Source of the DNA: a virus
Taxonomy: Duplodnaviria; Caudoviricetes
Length of the DNA: 54,768 nt
IMG/VR virus record: IMGVR_UViG_3300033143_005875
Coordinates: 1 to 54,768 of that record
Reading direction: 5' to 3' (one strand)
The notes beneath the pieces are model-generated. The model did no database searches, was not told the DNA's origin, and saw only the letters and a program-made list of their open reading frames with translations. Both the position numbers and the translations under genes were made by a program. Positions 1 to 9,450 of this stretch are shown here, in pieces (position 1 is the stretch's first letter; every line of letters begins with the position of its first letter).

Positions 1-8
1 ATCCCCAC

Positions 9-40
9 ACCTCGCTGCCCGCCCCCCCCTGGAAGGACCC
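9..40 (-). other. Candidate cos packaging site (cosQ-like GGGTCCT followed by cosN-like GGGCAGCGAGGT)
   Basis: Minus strand reads GGGTCCT-TCCAGGGGGGGGC-GGGCAGCGAGGT. Lambda cosQ is GGGTCCT and its cohesive end is GGGCGGCGACCT (9/12 match). The site lies ~0.5 kb upstream of terS across the circular junction. Confidence 0.45.
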
Positions 41-406
41 GTGCCCCTTTGGCGATCCGGGCGGCTGCAATGAAGGGAAAAAGCGGCACTCAGGCAGCCC
101 CGAACGGCAGGCAACGTTGCCGACTGCGCCATCGGGGGCGCCATGCAGCAGGGCCGTCGCCGTATCCTCTACGATGCCACTAGGATACGGACTTGCCTTC
201 CTCTGAGGAACATGCTGTCTCATAAGACTCTGACCCCGCTTTGACACTGTAGGACATTCCACGCCATCACTCACCACATTCCCCGTTCCTACAACATCTT
301 ACGCCCTCAGCACCGCCCTGACCGACACGCAATACGGACATTCTCGGACTCTCTAAGAAAGCCTCAGACTGCGCCCAAGCACTGCACAATGGGCTGCGCC
401 ACACCC

Positions 407-1678
407 TTACCCCCCCGTCCCTGTCGCGTGCTGTCCAGCCTCGTCCCCTTCTGTCAGCCTGTCCAGCGCCAGCATCGCGCTCCGCTTCTCAGGCCCAGCC
501 ACCTGAGCATAGATCCGCATCGTGGTCTGGACGTTCGCGTGCCTAGCCAGCTCCTGCGCCTGCCGCGGCATGGCCCCTGCCCTGCACAGCCACGTCACGA
601 ACGTGTACCGTAGCGCGTGAAAGTCCAGCACCCCCTCCGCAGTCTCATACTCGAGCTCGTCCGCATACGCGATGTCTTTCCGCATCGCCCCCAGCAGAGC
701 ACCCCTCACGCACGAGCCTACCCTCGTCCCAGTGTTCCTCGGGGCGAATACCAGGTCATCGCCGCGCGGCGGCCGCCGTTGCAGCCACGCCCACTGCACC
801 CGCCAGTCCGCCAGCGCCTGCGCCACGCTCGGGGGCAAGGGCAGTGTGTCCGTCCGCTTGGACTTGCTCACCAGCGCCGTCACCGTCAACTGCTCTTTGT
901 CCCTTGGGCTCAGCTTGACGTCTACCCACCGCAGCTCCCTGACCTCCCCACGCCGCAGCCCCACCCTCGCCGCGAGCTGGTACGCCAGCGCCCGTTCCTG
1001 CCCGATCGTGTCCAGCAGTCGCAGCCTGTCCTCATCCGCTGCCGGATGCGTCCGTTGGTACTCCGCCCTTGGCCGCTCCCGCGCCGCCTGCACGAGCTGT
1101 CCGAACTCCGTCACCGTCAGGGCTCGCCGACGCCGACGCCCGGGATCCGTCTCTGGCTTCAGCATCGGGATTTTCGCCACCATCTCCACCACCCGCTTCT
1201 CCCAACGCCCCTCCTCAGCGCCCCACCGCAGCAGCATCTTCACCCGCGTGACCCGATGGTTCCGTGTATGATACCGCTTCCCCTCGTCCAGCAGCCGCAA
1301 CAGATTCCCCTCCACCGCCACCCGCGTCACCTGCCGGATCACCCGAGCCCCCATCTGCCTGAACCCCCGCAGCAGGTCGCTCCGCACAATGCTCACATAC
1401 CGCGGCGAGCAGCCGCTGGCACGCAGATGCGTCGCAAACGCCTCGACGTGCCTCGTCAGCGGCACCCGCCGCCACCGCTCCATCGCATCCCCGTCCACCC
1501 CAGCCCGCGCCGCCTGCTCCAGCGCAGCCATCTTCTGCATCGTCCCCGCCCGATCCGTGCACCCCACCTTCGTCCGCTCCCGCCCATCGGCGTCCCGATA
1601 CCTGAAATACCACTTCGCCGACACCCGCGGCTCGCCCGTCACGGGATCCAGCCTGCGGCGCTTGAACGTGTAGCCCAT
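407..1678 (-). CDS. int: Tyrosine recombinase / phage integrase
   Basis: Catalytic motifs GLRRGE (R), SKSKR (K), DFHALRYT (HxxR), ARHA (H), RIYA (Y); N-terminal arm-binding-like KWYFRYRDADG. Start set at MGYTFK (ATG 1678). Confidence 0.95.
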   Translation of the reverse strand: MGYTFKRRRLDPVTGEPRVSAKWYFRYRDADGRERTKVGCTDRAGTMQKMAALEQAARAGVDGDAMERWRRVPLTRHVEAFATHLRASGCSPRYVSIVRSDLLRGFRQMGARVIRQVTRVAVEGNLLRLLDEGKRYHTRNHRVTRVKMLLRWGAEEGRWEKRVVEMVAKIPMLKPETDPGRRRRRALTVTEFGQLVQAARERPRAEYQRTHPAADEDRLRLLDTIGQERALAYQLAARVGLRRGEVRELRWVDVKLSPRDKEQLTVTALVSKSKRTDTLPLPPSVAQALADWRVQWAWLQRRPPRGDDLVFAPRNTGTRVGSCVRGALLGAMRKDIAYADELEYETAEGVLDFHALRYTFVTWLCRAGAMPRQAQELARHANVQTTMRIYAQVAGPEKRSAMLALDRLTEGDEAGQHATGTGG

Positions 1679-1682
1679 CAGC

Positions 1683-1985
1683 TCACTCCGTTGGCTCGCC
1701 CTGTGCCTCCGCGTCGCGCTCCCGCACGAACGCCTCGATCCGCGCCCGCGCCCAACGCGGCCGCCCAGGGATGTCCACGGGACTCGGTATCGTGCCCATC
1801 GCACGCATCCTGTCCACGGTCCGCGGCGTCACCCCCAGCAGATCCGCCACCTGCCCCTTGCTCATCAGCACGCCCGCCTGCCCGTCCCACTTTCGAGCGG
1901 CGTGCTCCCGCTCGAACTCCGCCCGTAGCACATCGGCTATCAGGCGCCGTAGTTCCCTCGCGTCCAGCACCACTGTCTCGCCCAT
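1683..1985 (-). CDS. Excisionase-like helix-turn-helix protein (HTH_17/AlpA type)
   Basis: LMSKGQVADLLGVTPRTVDRMRAMGTIPSPV..RW winged-HTH pattern, directly upstream of the integrase. Confidence 0.8.
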   Translation of the reverse strand: MGETVVLDARELRRLIADVLRAEFEREHAARKWDGQAGVLMSKGQVADLLGVTPRTVDRMRAMGTIPSPVDIPGRPRWARARIEAFVRERDAEAQGEPTE

Positions 1986-2034
1986 CGCCCTCGCTCCCTT
2001 CCCCTCCCCATCATACGGCTCGTCTCCCGCCGCG

Positions 2035-2517
2035 TCAATCCCCCGCCGCCTCGCCCTCAGCGGCCTCGTCAAACGGCAGAGGCAGTTGCCTCACCGTCAG
2101 GGCGAACTCCCGCTGATCCGCGAAGACCAGCCCGTGGCGCTCCACTACGCAGCAGAACTCCTCCAGGTCGTGCTTGCGGGACGTCCACCCCGTGCGCGTG
2201 CCTTCCTTGTCCAGCTTCGGCTTGCAGTGGCAGAGCTCGTGGTCGATCAGGGCGACACGCTGCTCGGCGCTCAGGTGCACCCACTGGTCGTACGACAGGG
2301 TGACCACGAAATCCGCCTCGCTCACCACCTTCGCAACAGCCGATTGCTTCTTCGCCGTGCCGAGCGTCACCTTCCCGTGCTTCACAGTGCCCCGCGGCTT
2401 GAACACGTAGACGATAGCTGCCCCCGCCAGCTCCTGATGCCACTGCTCCCTCACCTGCTTCGCTATCTCCAGCACGTCGTCGCCGCACAGCCGCGGCTCC
2501 TCGATCGTCGCTTGCAT
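2035..2517 (-). CDS. Putative phage metallopeptidase
   Basis: ALIDHELCH (HExxH) followed by HDLEEF..VVERHG, typical of a common phage metallopeptidase family. Confidence 0.75.
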   Translation of the reverse strand: MQATIEEPRLCGDDVLEIAKQVREQWHQELAGAAIVYVFKPRGTVKHGKVTLGTAKKQSAVAKVVSEADFVVTLSYDQWVHLSAEQRVALIDHELCHCKPKLDKEGTRTGWTSRKHDLEEFCCVVERHGLVFADQREFALTVRQLPLPFDEAAEGEAAGD

Positions 2518-2529
2518 CTGCCTCTCCTC

Positions 2530-3243
2530 TCACTGCCCCTCGAACGTCACGGCCCACGTCCACGGATTGCCCACCACGTACCACGCCAGCCCCGCCTTTG
2601 CCCGTGTCTCACGCAGCTCGTCCCACGGATACGACACGAAGCAGTCCTCGCGCGCCCGCGTGTAGGGATTGCGCTTCGCACGACGCGGCGACGCGTTGAT
2701 CCCGTCCCACGTGTTCATCCACTGCTCTTCCAGATGGTCTACCGCCGCCTGCCCACGCAGCGTCGTGCTCAGCCCCTCCGCAATGATGTCCGCCGTGCTG
2801 ATGTCCTGCACCCGCTGCGCCCGGATGTCCACCACAGGCCGCGTCAGCCGGCACGCGTCGCGGGGCATGTGGATCGAGGGGCGCCAACGCACGTCGTCTG
2901 GCTTTTGGTCGGTCGCTCGGTATACGCAGACAGGGTTCTCATCCGCGTCTGGGTAGATAGCCCACCCCTCCCGCACCCACAGCACGTCGCCCGGCACGCC
3001 GTAGGGGCAGCGGATCACCCGCGGATAGCCGTACCGCTTAACTGCCCACACGGGGCCCGCCACCCGCCACTCACCTGACTCACCCCTGCCATCAGTGAAC
3101 CAGTGATAGCCTGCCCCCGCGAGCGCGCGCACCGCCTCGACGGTTGGTGGCTGCGGCTTGATCACCCGCCGCGTCTCCCACTTCAGGCCGGCGAGGATCG
3201 CCTGCACGCCCCAGCCCTGGAAGATGATCGGATGCTCTGCCAT
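2530..3243 (-). CDS. Conserved phage protein, ASCH/PUA-like
   Basis: PIIF..VQAILAG.K.ETRRVIKPQP, CPYG.PGD.LWVRE, WRPSIHMPR, RVQDIS..D..AEG, NPW.W.V.F motifs. Confidence 0.7.
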   Translation of the reverse strand: MAEHPIIFQGWGVQAILAGLKWETRRVIKPQPPTVEAVRALAGAGYHWFTDGRGESGEWRVAGPVWAVKRYGYPRVIRCPYGVPGDVLWVREGWAIYPDADENPVCVYRATDQKPDDVRWRPSIHMPRDACRLTRPVVDIRAQRVQDISTADIIAEGLSTTLRGQAAVDHLEEQWMNTWDGINASPRRAKRNPYTRAREDCFVSYPWDELRETRAKAGLAWYVVGNPWTWAVTFEGQ

Positions 3244-3298
3244 CTCTGCTCCTTTCCCTTGGCGGCCTTGGCGGCCTTGGCGGTTCACCCTCTTCGCC

Positions 3299-3502
3299 TC
3301 ACTTCACCAGCCCCCAGACGGCCAGCACCAGGTAGACCGCCCAGAGCGCCGCCTGCGGCCAGTCGCGCCGGCGCGCGTTGTGCGTCATCCACACCACGTC
3401 CGTCACCATCCACACCCCGAACCCCCACCGCTCGCCCGACGTCACAGCCACCGTCCCCACCACCGCCGCCGCCGCCGTCACCCATAGCACACACCGCCTC
3501 AT
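3299..3502 (-). CDS. Small membrane protein
   Basis: Two to three hydrophobic segments; fits the minus-strand operon tiling. Confidence 0.5.
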   Translation of the reverse strand: MRRCVLWVTAAAAVVGTVAVTSGERWGFGVWMVTDVVWMTHNARRRDWPQAALWAVYLVLAVWGLVK

Positions 3503-4265
3503 GGCTTCTCCGCCGCATACACCGCAATCTGCCTCATCAGCCCCTTCACCTCCCTCAGCTCATCTTTCATCGTTCCTCCGATTAGCCCGAGCACCATCAA
3601 GATAATCCACAACAGGATGACTGCGATCGTGTCCGTCTCACCACGCCGGCCCCTCCGCTTCCTGCTGATGAGCGACCACGCCGCTACGAAGGCCGTGTGC
3701 CACACGCCCATCGTCGTCGTCTTCAGCGCGGCCTTGTCCACACGCTGCGGCACCTCCTGCCCCGGCGGCTTCGGCAGGCAGTTCGCCACACTCAGCCGCG
3801 TCCGCTTTCGCTGCGCCTTCGCCGACCGCCTCGCCGCCTTGCGGAGATTCGCCTTGCTGACCGCCTTCGCCCGCTGCCGCATCCGCAGCGCGTGGCTCTC
3901 CGTCGTGATCCGCATCGGCACGCCCCTTTCACTGGTAGCTCGCCACATGGAGGATCCCGTGGCTCTTCTTCCACGCCTCGAGCCGCAGCACCACCCCCGC
4001 CAACGCCATCGCCGCCGCCGTATCCCCCGACGCGTCGGCTCGCCGCGCCGCCCGCACCAGCGGCAGCTCCGCGTCCCACACCGCCTGGCACAAGCCCTGC
4101 GACGTCACCCGCGTCGAGTTCGGCATCACCGCACGCGCCTGCCGCCGGCGGCGACGCTCGATCCCCATCAGCACTACCGTGCTCAGTACCGATCCCGCAT
4201 ATAGCCCGATGCCAATCCCAGCAGTCAATGCCGTCGTCCAGTCCATCCCGACCTCCTTCCCTGGC

Positions 4266-4673
4266 TCAGCACGCCAGTGCCGACCGGTCGATGCCCCTCT
4301 TCGCACACGCCCGCTGCTCGCCCTGCGAGCACGCCGGGCACACCCTGTTCCACGGCCCCTCGCTCTCGAACGCCTCTCCACAGCCCAGGCACACCCGCGG
4401 CCCCACATACGCCGCCCGCTCCGCCGCCTGACGCGCCGCCGCCCGCTCGCACTTCGTGCAGTAGTCACGCCGTGCACGGCACTTGAACCACAGCCCGCAC
4501 CCGTCGCATTGATACCACAAGTCCTTCGGTCGCGGCCGTACCGCCCCGCTGCGGATCGCCGCCTTCCGCGCGTTCTGCCACTGCCGCTTGCACTCCCCCG
4601 AGCAATACACCTGGCCGTTCGCCCGCGGCTCGTACTCCCCCTGGCACCATCTGCACTGTCTCGTCAGCGGCAT
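4266..4673 (-). CDS. Cys-rich zinc-finger protein
   Basis: Repeated CxxC pairs (CRWC, YCSGEC, CDGC, CTKC, CLGC, CPAC); start MPLTRQC. Confidence 0.6.
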   Translation of the reverse strand: MPLTRQCRWCQGEYEPRANGQVYCSGECKRQWQNARKAAIRSGAVRPRPKDLWYQCDGCGLWFKCRARRDYCTKCERAAARQAAERAAYVGPRVCLGCGEAFESEGPWNRVCPACSQGEQRACAKRGIDRSALAC

Positions 4674-5017
4674 TGCCGCACCCCCTTCGGATGTTCCGCC
4701 TCCCTGAGCTCCCGCCAGATCTCGATCTCCATCTGCACCACGATTGGGTTGCCCGCCAGACACAGCTCGCGAAAGGCCCGACCGATCGCCCCGACGCTAT
4801 TCCGCAGCGTCACCCCCTTGAGCTCCACCAGCTCCGCCACCGCCTCCACCGCACGCCCGTCGCACCGCCGGTAGTGCGCCAGCAGCAGACCACCCAGCCG
4901 CCTGTCCAGGTCGCCCCTCCGATACGCCCGCACCCGCTCCGTCACCGCCGCCGCAAGTCGAGCCAGCTGCGCGCGTATCGCCCTGTCCTCGCGCTGCATC
5001 CTCTCTACCCCCATCAC
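4664..5017 (-). CDS. Hypothetical protein
   Basis: ORF tiles with its neighbours; no motif recognised. Confidence 0.45.
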   Translation of the reverse strand: MMGVERMQREDRAIRAQLARLAAAVTERVRAYRRGDLDRRLGGLLLAHYRRCDGRAVEAVAELVELKGVTLRNSVGAIGRAFRELCLAGNPIVVQMEIEIWRELREAEHPKGVRQCR

Positions 5018-5205
5018 TCACCCCCTGCCGATCCGCGCTCGAAGCCCCACCGCCTCTTTGTGCAGGCGCGCGGCCTCTCGCACGGCGACGAGGTCCCTCG
5101 CTATGTCGGAACACGTCCACACGGCCGTTGCCGCCAGATATGCCGCGTGCATCTTGTTGTATGCCGCCAGCGCCTGCTCGAGCTGCGGGGCAAACGGGCA
5201 GACCA

Positions 5206-6567
5206 TCACAAGAGGCTCCGCATCTCGCGCGCCGCCTCCGGCCCCAATCTGCTGAGCCTTTGCGTCCCCGGATCGATCCTCAGCCACAATCTGCCTCCTT
5301 TCCCACCGTCCCGGTTCTTCGCCACGTCGATCACGAACCCGTGCTCGAAGGTCTCCGACGGCCCGACGATCGTGCTCTCGAGCTCGGGCCGCTCCTTCAC
5401 CGGCCACCAGACCAGCAGCGCCACGTCCGCGTCCTCCCCGATCGCCTTGCTCTCCCGCAGCCCCTCGAAGCTCGGCATCCCCCGATGCTCGTGCCCGCCC
5501 ACCTGCGACGTCGCGACCACGCACAAGTCCCCCCGAGCCGCCACCGTCGCCAGCCACGCCGTCAGCGCACCCACCGTCAAGTCCCACCTGCCGTCGTGCC
5601 CCGCGCCCCCGTGCCGGTGCGCCATCTTCTGAAGCGTGTCGCACACCAGCAGCCACGGCCGCGTCTCCGCCACCCGCGCCTCGATCTCCGCGCGCTCCAG
5701 ACCGTGATACACGTGCAGCCGCCCCTCGCACTCCTCCGCAAACGCCACCGCGTCCGTCGCCACCCGCGCTCGCTGCGCCTCCGTCAGCGTCCGAAGCTGC
5801 ATGTCCCGATACGGCACGGCCGTCCGCCGGCTCAGCAGCCTCGGCATCAGACGCGTCGCACTCTCCTCGTACCCCGCATACAGCACGTCCCCACCCGCCT
5901 CGAGCGTCGCCAGCACGGCGCCCACCGCCAGCGCCGTCTTGCAGTGCCGGCTCCGGCCCCCCACCACCCACACCTGCCCGGGCGACAGCCCGCCCGTCAG
6001 CTCGTCCACCGCATCCACCCCGCAGCCCCAGCGACGCCGGCCCTCCTCCGCGTCCGGCGCCATCGCCCGCACCACCGTCGCCAGCGTGTCGGCCAGGCTG
6101 AACGCCTCGCCCGCCGCGAGCCTGTTCGCCGCCGTCACCAGCTCCTGACGCGCCGCGTCCAGCGTCGCCGGCACGGGCTCCGCCATGTCGCACGCCCTGC
6201 GCTCCAGCGCGACCGCCGTCACCACCAGCCTGCGCCTGGCCGCACGCTCCGCCACGATCTCCGCGTAATGCTCCGCGTTCCACGCGCTCGGCACTCCCTC
6301 CATCACCGATACCAGCGCCGCCACGCCGCCCACCCGCTCCAGATCCCCGCTCGCCGTCAGCGCGTCCGCCAGCGTCACGGCGTCCACGGGCCGCCCGTCG
6401 GCGTCCAACGCCAGCACCGCTCGCCAGATCGCCCGCAGGTCGGGATCCGAAAAGTCCTCGGCGTCCACCCGCGCCCGCACCACGGGCAGCCAGCCCGCGT
6501 CCAGGATCGCGCTCCCCACCAGCGCCCGCTCCGCTGCCTCGTCCTTCGGCGGCATCCGCTCGTCCAT
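5206..6567 (-). CDS. dnaB: Replicative DNA helicase, DnaB family
   Basis: N-terminal PP..EAAERALVGS..D.VT; VDELTGGL.PGQ; variant Walker A GGRSRHCKT; LRESKAIGEDADV; VAKNRDG. Confidence 0.92.
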   Translation of the reverse strand: MDERMPPKDEAAERALVGSAILDAGWLPVVRARVDAEDFSDPDLRAIWRAVLALDADGRPVDAVTLADALTASGDLERVGGVAALVSVMEGVPSAWNAEHYAEIVAERAARRRLVVTAVALERRACDMAEPVPATLDAARQELVTAANRLAAGEAFSLADTLATVVRAMAPDAEEGRRRWGCGVDAVDELTGGLSPGQVWVVGGRSRHCKTALAVGAVLATLEAGGDVLYAGYEESATRLMPRLLSRRTAVPYRDMQLRTLTEAQRARVATDAVAFAEECEGRLHVYHGLERAEIEARVAETRPWLLVCDTLQKMAHRHGGAGHDGRWDLTVGALTAWLATVAARGDLCVVATSQVGGHEHRGMPSFEGLRESKAIGEDADVALLVWWPVKERPELESTIVGPSETFEHGFVIDVAKNRDGGKGGRLWLRIDPGTQRLSRLGPEAAREMRSLL

Positions 6568-6572
6568 TCATC

Positions 6573-7475
6573 TCACCTCGCCTCCAGCCGCTTGCTCAGC
6601 ACGCTCCATGCTGTTGCAGCCACGAGCGGTACGACGCCGTTGCCGATCGCTCGCAGTCTGTCCACCCGATAGGCCACCCCATCAGCCACTCGACCCACGG
6701 CGGGTTCAGTTGCCCACCAGCCACCTCGCTCAGCGGCCTGCTGTTCCGCGCCCGCGTCGCGTCGCTCGCCTTTCCGCTCCTGTGATCCCTCGCCGCCGGC
6801 GTCGGCCAGAAGAGCCGGTAGAAGTCCGTCCTGTTGCACCCGCCGCTCCGCAGCCCGCTTGCACACCGCGGCGTCGGCCACAGCCCCTGCCGCGCCATCG
6901 TCTCGAGCGACGGCCGCCGCTTGCCCACACGACCCGCCTCGCCCCCGATGTTCTCGCCATACGCCACCGCGCTCGGGGTCGGCAGCGAGCAGGAAGAGCC
7001 GCTTGCGGAGGTGCGGCGCTCCCACCCCCGCCGCCGAAAACACGTCCCACTCCGCAGACCACCCGCGGTCGGCCAGGTCTCCGAGGATGAGGGGTAGGGC
7101 GTTGTGAATAATGCCGGGCACGTTTTCCAGAAACAGCGCCCAGGCTCCCACGTCGCGTACGACGCGCCAGAGGAACGGCCATAGGTATCGCTCGTCGGCG
7201 ACCCCCGCCCGCTTCCCCGCACAGGAGAAGGGCTGGCACGGGATGCCCGCAGTGACGAGATCCACTGTGCCACGCCAGAATCGGCCGTCGAAACTGGTAA
7301 GGTCACTCCAGACAGGTGCCTCGTCCAGGCAACCATCGGCCATACGCGCCGCCAGTATCGCGGCGGCATACGCCTCCCTCTCGATGTAGCATATAGTGCG
7401 ATACGCTCCGCCAAGGGCGAACCGCAGTCCGGCCTCGAGCGCCCCCGTCCCGGCACATGCAGCCAAGCCATTCAT
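6573..7475 (-). CDS. C5 cytosine DNA methyltransferase (motifs I-VIII and X)
   Basis: CAGTGA (I), GIPCQPFSCAGKR (IV), FLENVPG (VI), GAPHLRKRLF (VIII), DRLRAIGNGVVP (X). Confidence 0.93.
   Translation of the reverse strand: MNGLAACAGTGALEAGLRFALGGAYRTICYIEREAYAAAILAARMADGCLDEAPVWSDLTSFDGRFWRGTVDLVTAGIPCQPFSCAGKRAGVADERYLWPFLWRVVRDVGAWALFLENVPGIIHNALPLILGDLADRGWSAEWDVFSAAGVGAPHLRKRLFLLAADPERGGVWREHRGRGGSCGQAAAVARDDGAAGAVADAAVCKRAAERRVQQDGLLPALLADAGGEGSQERKGERRDAGAEQQAAERGGWWATEPAVGRVADGVAYRVDRLRAIGNGVVPLVAATAWSVLSKRLEAR
6596..7471 (-). CDS. Overlapping alternative-frame ORF: putative second MTase polypeptide carrying motif IX
   Basis: Repeated (W/L)PTP units and C-terminal LNPPWVEWLMGWPIGWT (motif IX-like), a motif absent from the main frame. 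Confidence 0.65.
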   Translation of the reverse strand: MAWLHVPGRGRSRPDCGSPLAERIALYATSRGRRMPPRYWRRVWPMVAWTRHLSGVTLPVSTADSGVAQWISSLRASRASPSPVRGSGRGSPTSDTYGRSSGASYATWEPGRCFWKTCPALFTTPYPSSSETWPTAGGLRSGTCFRRRGWERRTSASGSSCSLPTPSAVAYGENIGGEAGRVGKRRPSLETMARQGLWPTPRCASGLRSGGCNRTDFYRLFWPTPAARDHRSGKASDATRARNSRPLSEVAGGQLNPPWVEWLMGWPIGWTDCERSATASYRSWLQQHGAC

Positions 7476-7484
7476 CTTACCTCC

Positions 7485-7709
7485 TCAGTGTGTCCGCTTC
7501 GGCGGCAGAGAGCCCGGGCCGCCTGGATCCGCCTTCGACGCCGCGTCCAGCCGCTGCTCGTCAAACCACTGCTCCGTCGGGGCACCGTCCTGAAGCTCCC
7601 GCGGCACCACGCAGAGCTGCACGCAGCCGTTCAGATACTCCGTCCGCGCCGTCACGACCCCGGTGAACTTCGTGATCGTGTCCACCGCCACCTGTCCCAG
7701 CTTCACCAT
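7485..7709 (-). CDS. Small conserved phage protein
   Basis: LG..A.D.IT.FTGVVTAR.EYLNGC...V.P...WFDE.RL pattern; good RBS (GAAGGAGA). Confidence 0.65.
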   Translation of the reverse strand: MVKLGQVAVDTITKFTGVVTARTEYLNGCVQLCVVPRELQDGAPTEQWFDEQRLDAASKADPGGPGSLPPKRTH

Positions 7710-7724
7710 CTCGGTCTCCTTCCA

Positions 7725-8270
7725 TCAGTTGCCGATCTCTGCCGCCACGTCCGCGACCGCCACGCGCCCGCCCCACCACACGACGCTCATCTCAGCGCGC
7801 AGTGCGGCGTTCAGCACTTCGGTGGCGGCCGCCACGGATGGCGGTATGTCCGCCGTCTCATCGGGCGGCAGCCAGTCACACAGCAAGTCGTCAATGTCCA
7901 CCTGCGGGACGGGCACGGGGACGCAATGGACCAGTAGCGGGACGCTGCCGATCTCATGCGCATAGTCGCGCACCTCATCCCATGAGTGGAAGAACCGGTC
8001 TCCGTCGTGCTCGACCACCGGCGCGCTCTCGTCCCACGGTTCCGCCGGAAGCTCGGCGTGGCGCTTGAGGCGGAGTTTCGCACGGCACTTCGCGCATAGG
8101 GTCCAGCCCTTTGGTGTGGGCTCCCCGCATTCGTGGCACTCGATGTGAGTGCAGCCGCTATAGCGCGCCGAGCGTTCCTCCAGCCAGATGCCGCCGTTGG
8201 CGCTGCGCCAGACGGTGTGCATCTCCTTCGTCGCCGCGTCATCCCACAGGATCACAGCCTGCTCAGGCAT
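7725..8270 (-). CDS. Hypothetical phage protein with zinc finger
   Basis: ARYSGCTH..CHECG...LCAKC. Confidence 0.6.
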   Translation of the reverse strand: MPEQAVILWDDAATKEMHTVWRSANGGIWLEERSARYSGCTHIECHECGEPTPKGWTLCAKCRAKLRLKRHAELPAEPWDESAPVVEHDGDRFFHSWDEVRDYAHEIGSVPLLVHCVPVPVPQVDIDDLLCDWLPPDETADIPPSVAAATEVLNAALRAEMSVVWWGGRVAVADVAAEIGN

Positions 8271-8282
8271 CGCGCTCTCCTC

Positions 8283-8957
8283 TCAGTGTGGTGCGGGGGG
8301 CAGGGCAGGGCGGTCCTGCCTGCCGGCGCCCGCCGCCTTCCGCTGCTCGCCCTTCAGCCACGTGCCCACGAACCGACGCATCCCCGCCGACGTCTTCCGC
8401 TCGCTCGGCGCCACACCCGCCAGCCAGTCCCGCATCCGCAGCAGCTCCCCCTCCACGTCCACCAGCGGATACGCCGCACGCCACTCCGCCAGCAGTTCCG
8501 CCGACGCCTCCCAGTCCGCGTCCGCCCCCTTCAGGATGGCCGCAGGGAAGACGAAGGCGGCGGGCCCTCCTGTACCCTCTATTCTCTCAGACTCCATTCC
8601 GGCACCCTCAGCCGTACCGCCGTCGCCGCGCCCGTTCTGCGGTTCCGGCTTCCACCCCGTCAGCCTGGAATGCACTTGTCTAACGTCCGCCACGACATGC
8701 AGCCCCGACGGCCTGACCTCGATCAGCCCATTCTTGACGCATGTTTGCAGCATAGCTGCCGCAGTTCTGTGGTGACAGTACAGCACTCGCGCGAGATGTT
8801 GCGGCATGAGTTCGGCATGAGTGAGCCAATCGCGCCGATTCCTGCGACATCGTGCCCACAAGCGCAGCAAAGATAGCGCCTGCCCGCTCGGCATCTGGAG
8901 CACCCTCGGGTCCTCCAACAGCTCCAATGGGATCAGCACGAACTCGCCAGCCGCCAT
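8283..8957 (-). CDS. Hypothetical protein, possible replication initiator
   Basis: N-terminal wHTH-like region plus C-terminal W..AYP.VDV..EL.RM..WL....RKT..GM.RF..WL; upstream of dnaB. Confidence 0.5.
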   Translation of the reverse strand: MAAGEFVLIPLELLEDPRVLQMPSGQALSLLRLWARCRRNRRDWLTHAELMPQHLARVLYCHHRTAAAMLQTCVKNGLIEVRPSGLHVVADVRQVHSRLTGWKPEPQNGRGDGGTAEGAGMESERIEGTGGPAAFVFPAAILKGADADWEASAELLAEWRAAYPLVDVEGELLRMRDWLAGVAPSERKTSAGMRRFVGTWLKGEQRKAAGAGRQDRPALPPAPH

Positions 8958-8973
8958 CGCCCACTCGCCCCTT

Positions 8974-9450
8974 TCAGCCTGCGGCCACGTTGCTCCGCTG
9001 CCCGATCAGCGCCACCTGATACGCCACCTCCAGCGGCGGCCAATCCAGCACGATCCCCAGTGAGGCCATCGTCGCCGTCACATTTACCCCGTTTGCCTCG
9101 GGGCAGAAGGTTGACCTGGAGCTGTTCGTCTCATACAGTGCCAGCCTGAGCTTCTCCCGCAGCCGCTTCCGCGCACCCCCCTGCCAATACAGGCAGCAGT
9201 ACGCCTGGCGGTCGCTCCATCCCGGGTGCTTTGCCTTCATCCGCCTGGCGTGGTCGCCGATGGCGAATGTGGTCCAGACCACATACACAGGCCGCCCCAG
9301 GTCAAGAACGTCCGCCAGCATGGGAGCCTGCGGTGGGCAGGTTGCCCTGTTGCCGTAGTTGGGGCAGCCGTGTTTGTGCCCTGGATATTTGCGCCTGCAC
9401 AGCTCCCGCACGCTGGGGTCGATCACTGGCTCGCACCTCTTCCACGGCAC
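8974..9450 (-). CDS. DUF2284-like predicted metal-binding protein
   Basis: CPNYG...TCPP and CPEANGVNVTAT motifs. Confidence 0.6.
   Translation of the reverse strand: MPWKRCEPVIDPSVRELCRRKYPGHKHGCPNYGNRATCPPQAPMLADVLDLGRPVYVVWTTFAIGDHARRMKAKHPGWSDRQAYCCLYWQGGARKRLREKLRLALYETNSSRSTFCPEANGVNVTATMASLGIVLDWPPLEVAYQVALIGQRSNVAAG

Noticed and set aside
214-240. CTCATAA resembling a tRNA-Met anticodon loop or tRNA-derived att core
   Set aside because: No cloverleaf, T-loop or proper anticodon stem can be built; no tRNA gene is called.
5930-5965. DnaB Walker A variant (SRHCKT) as a sign of pseudogenisation
   Set aside because: The catalytic KT and the downstream helicase motifs are intact and the ORF is full length.
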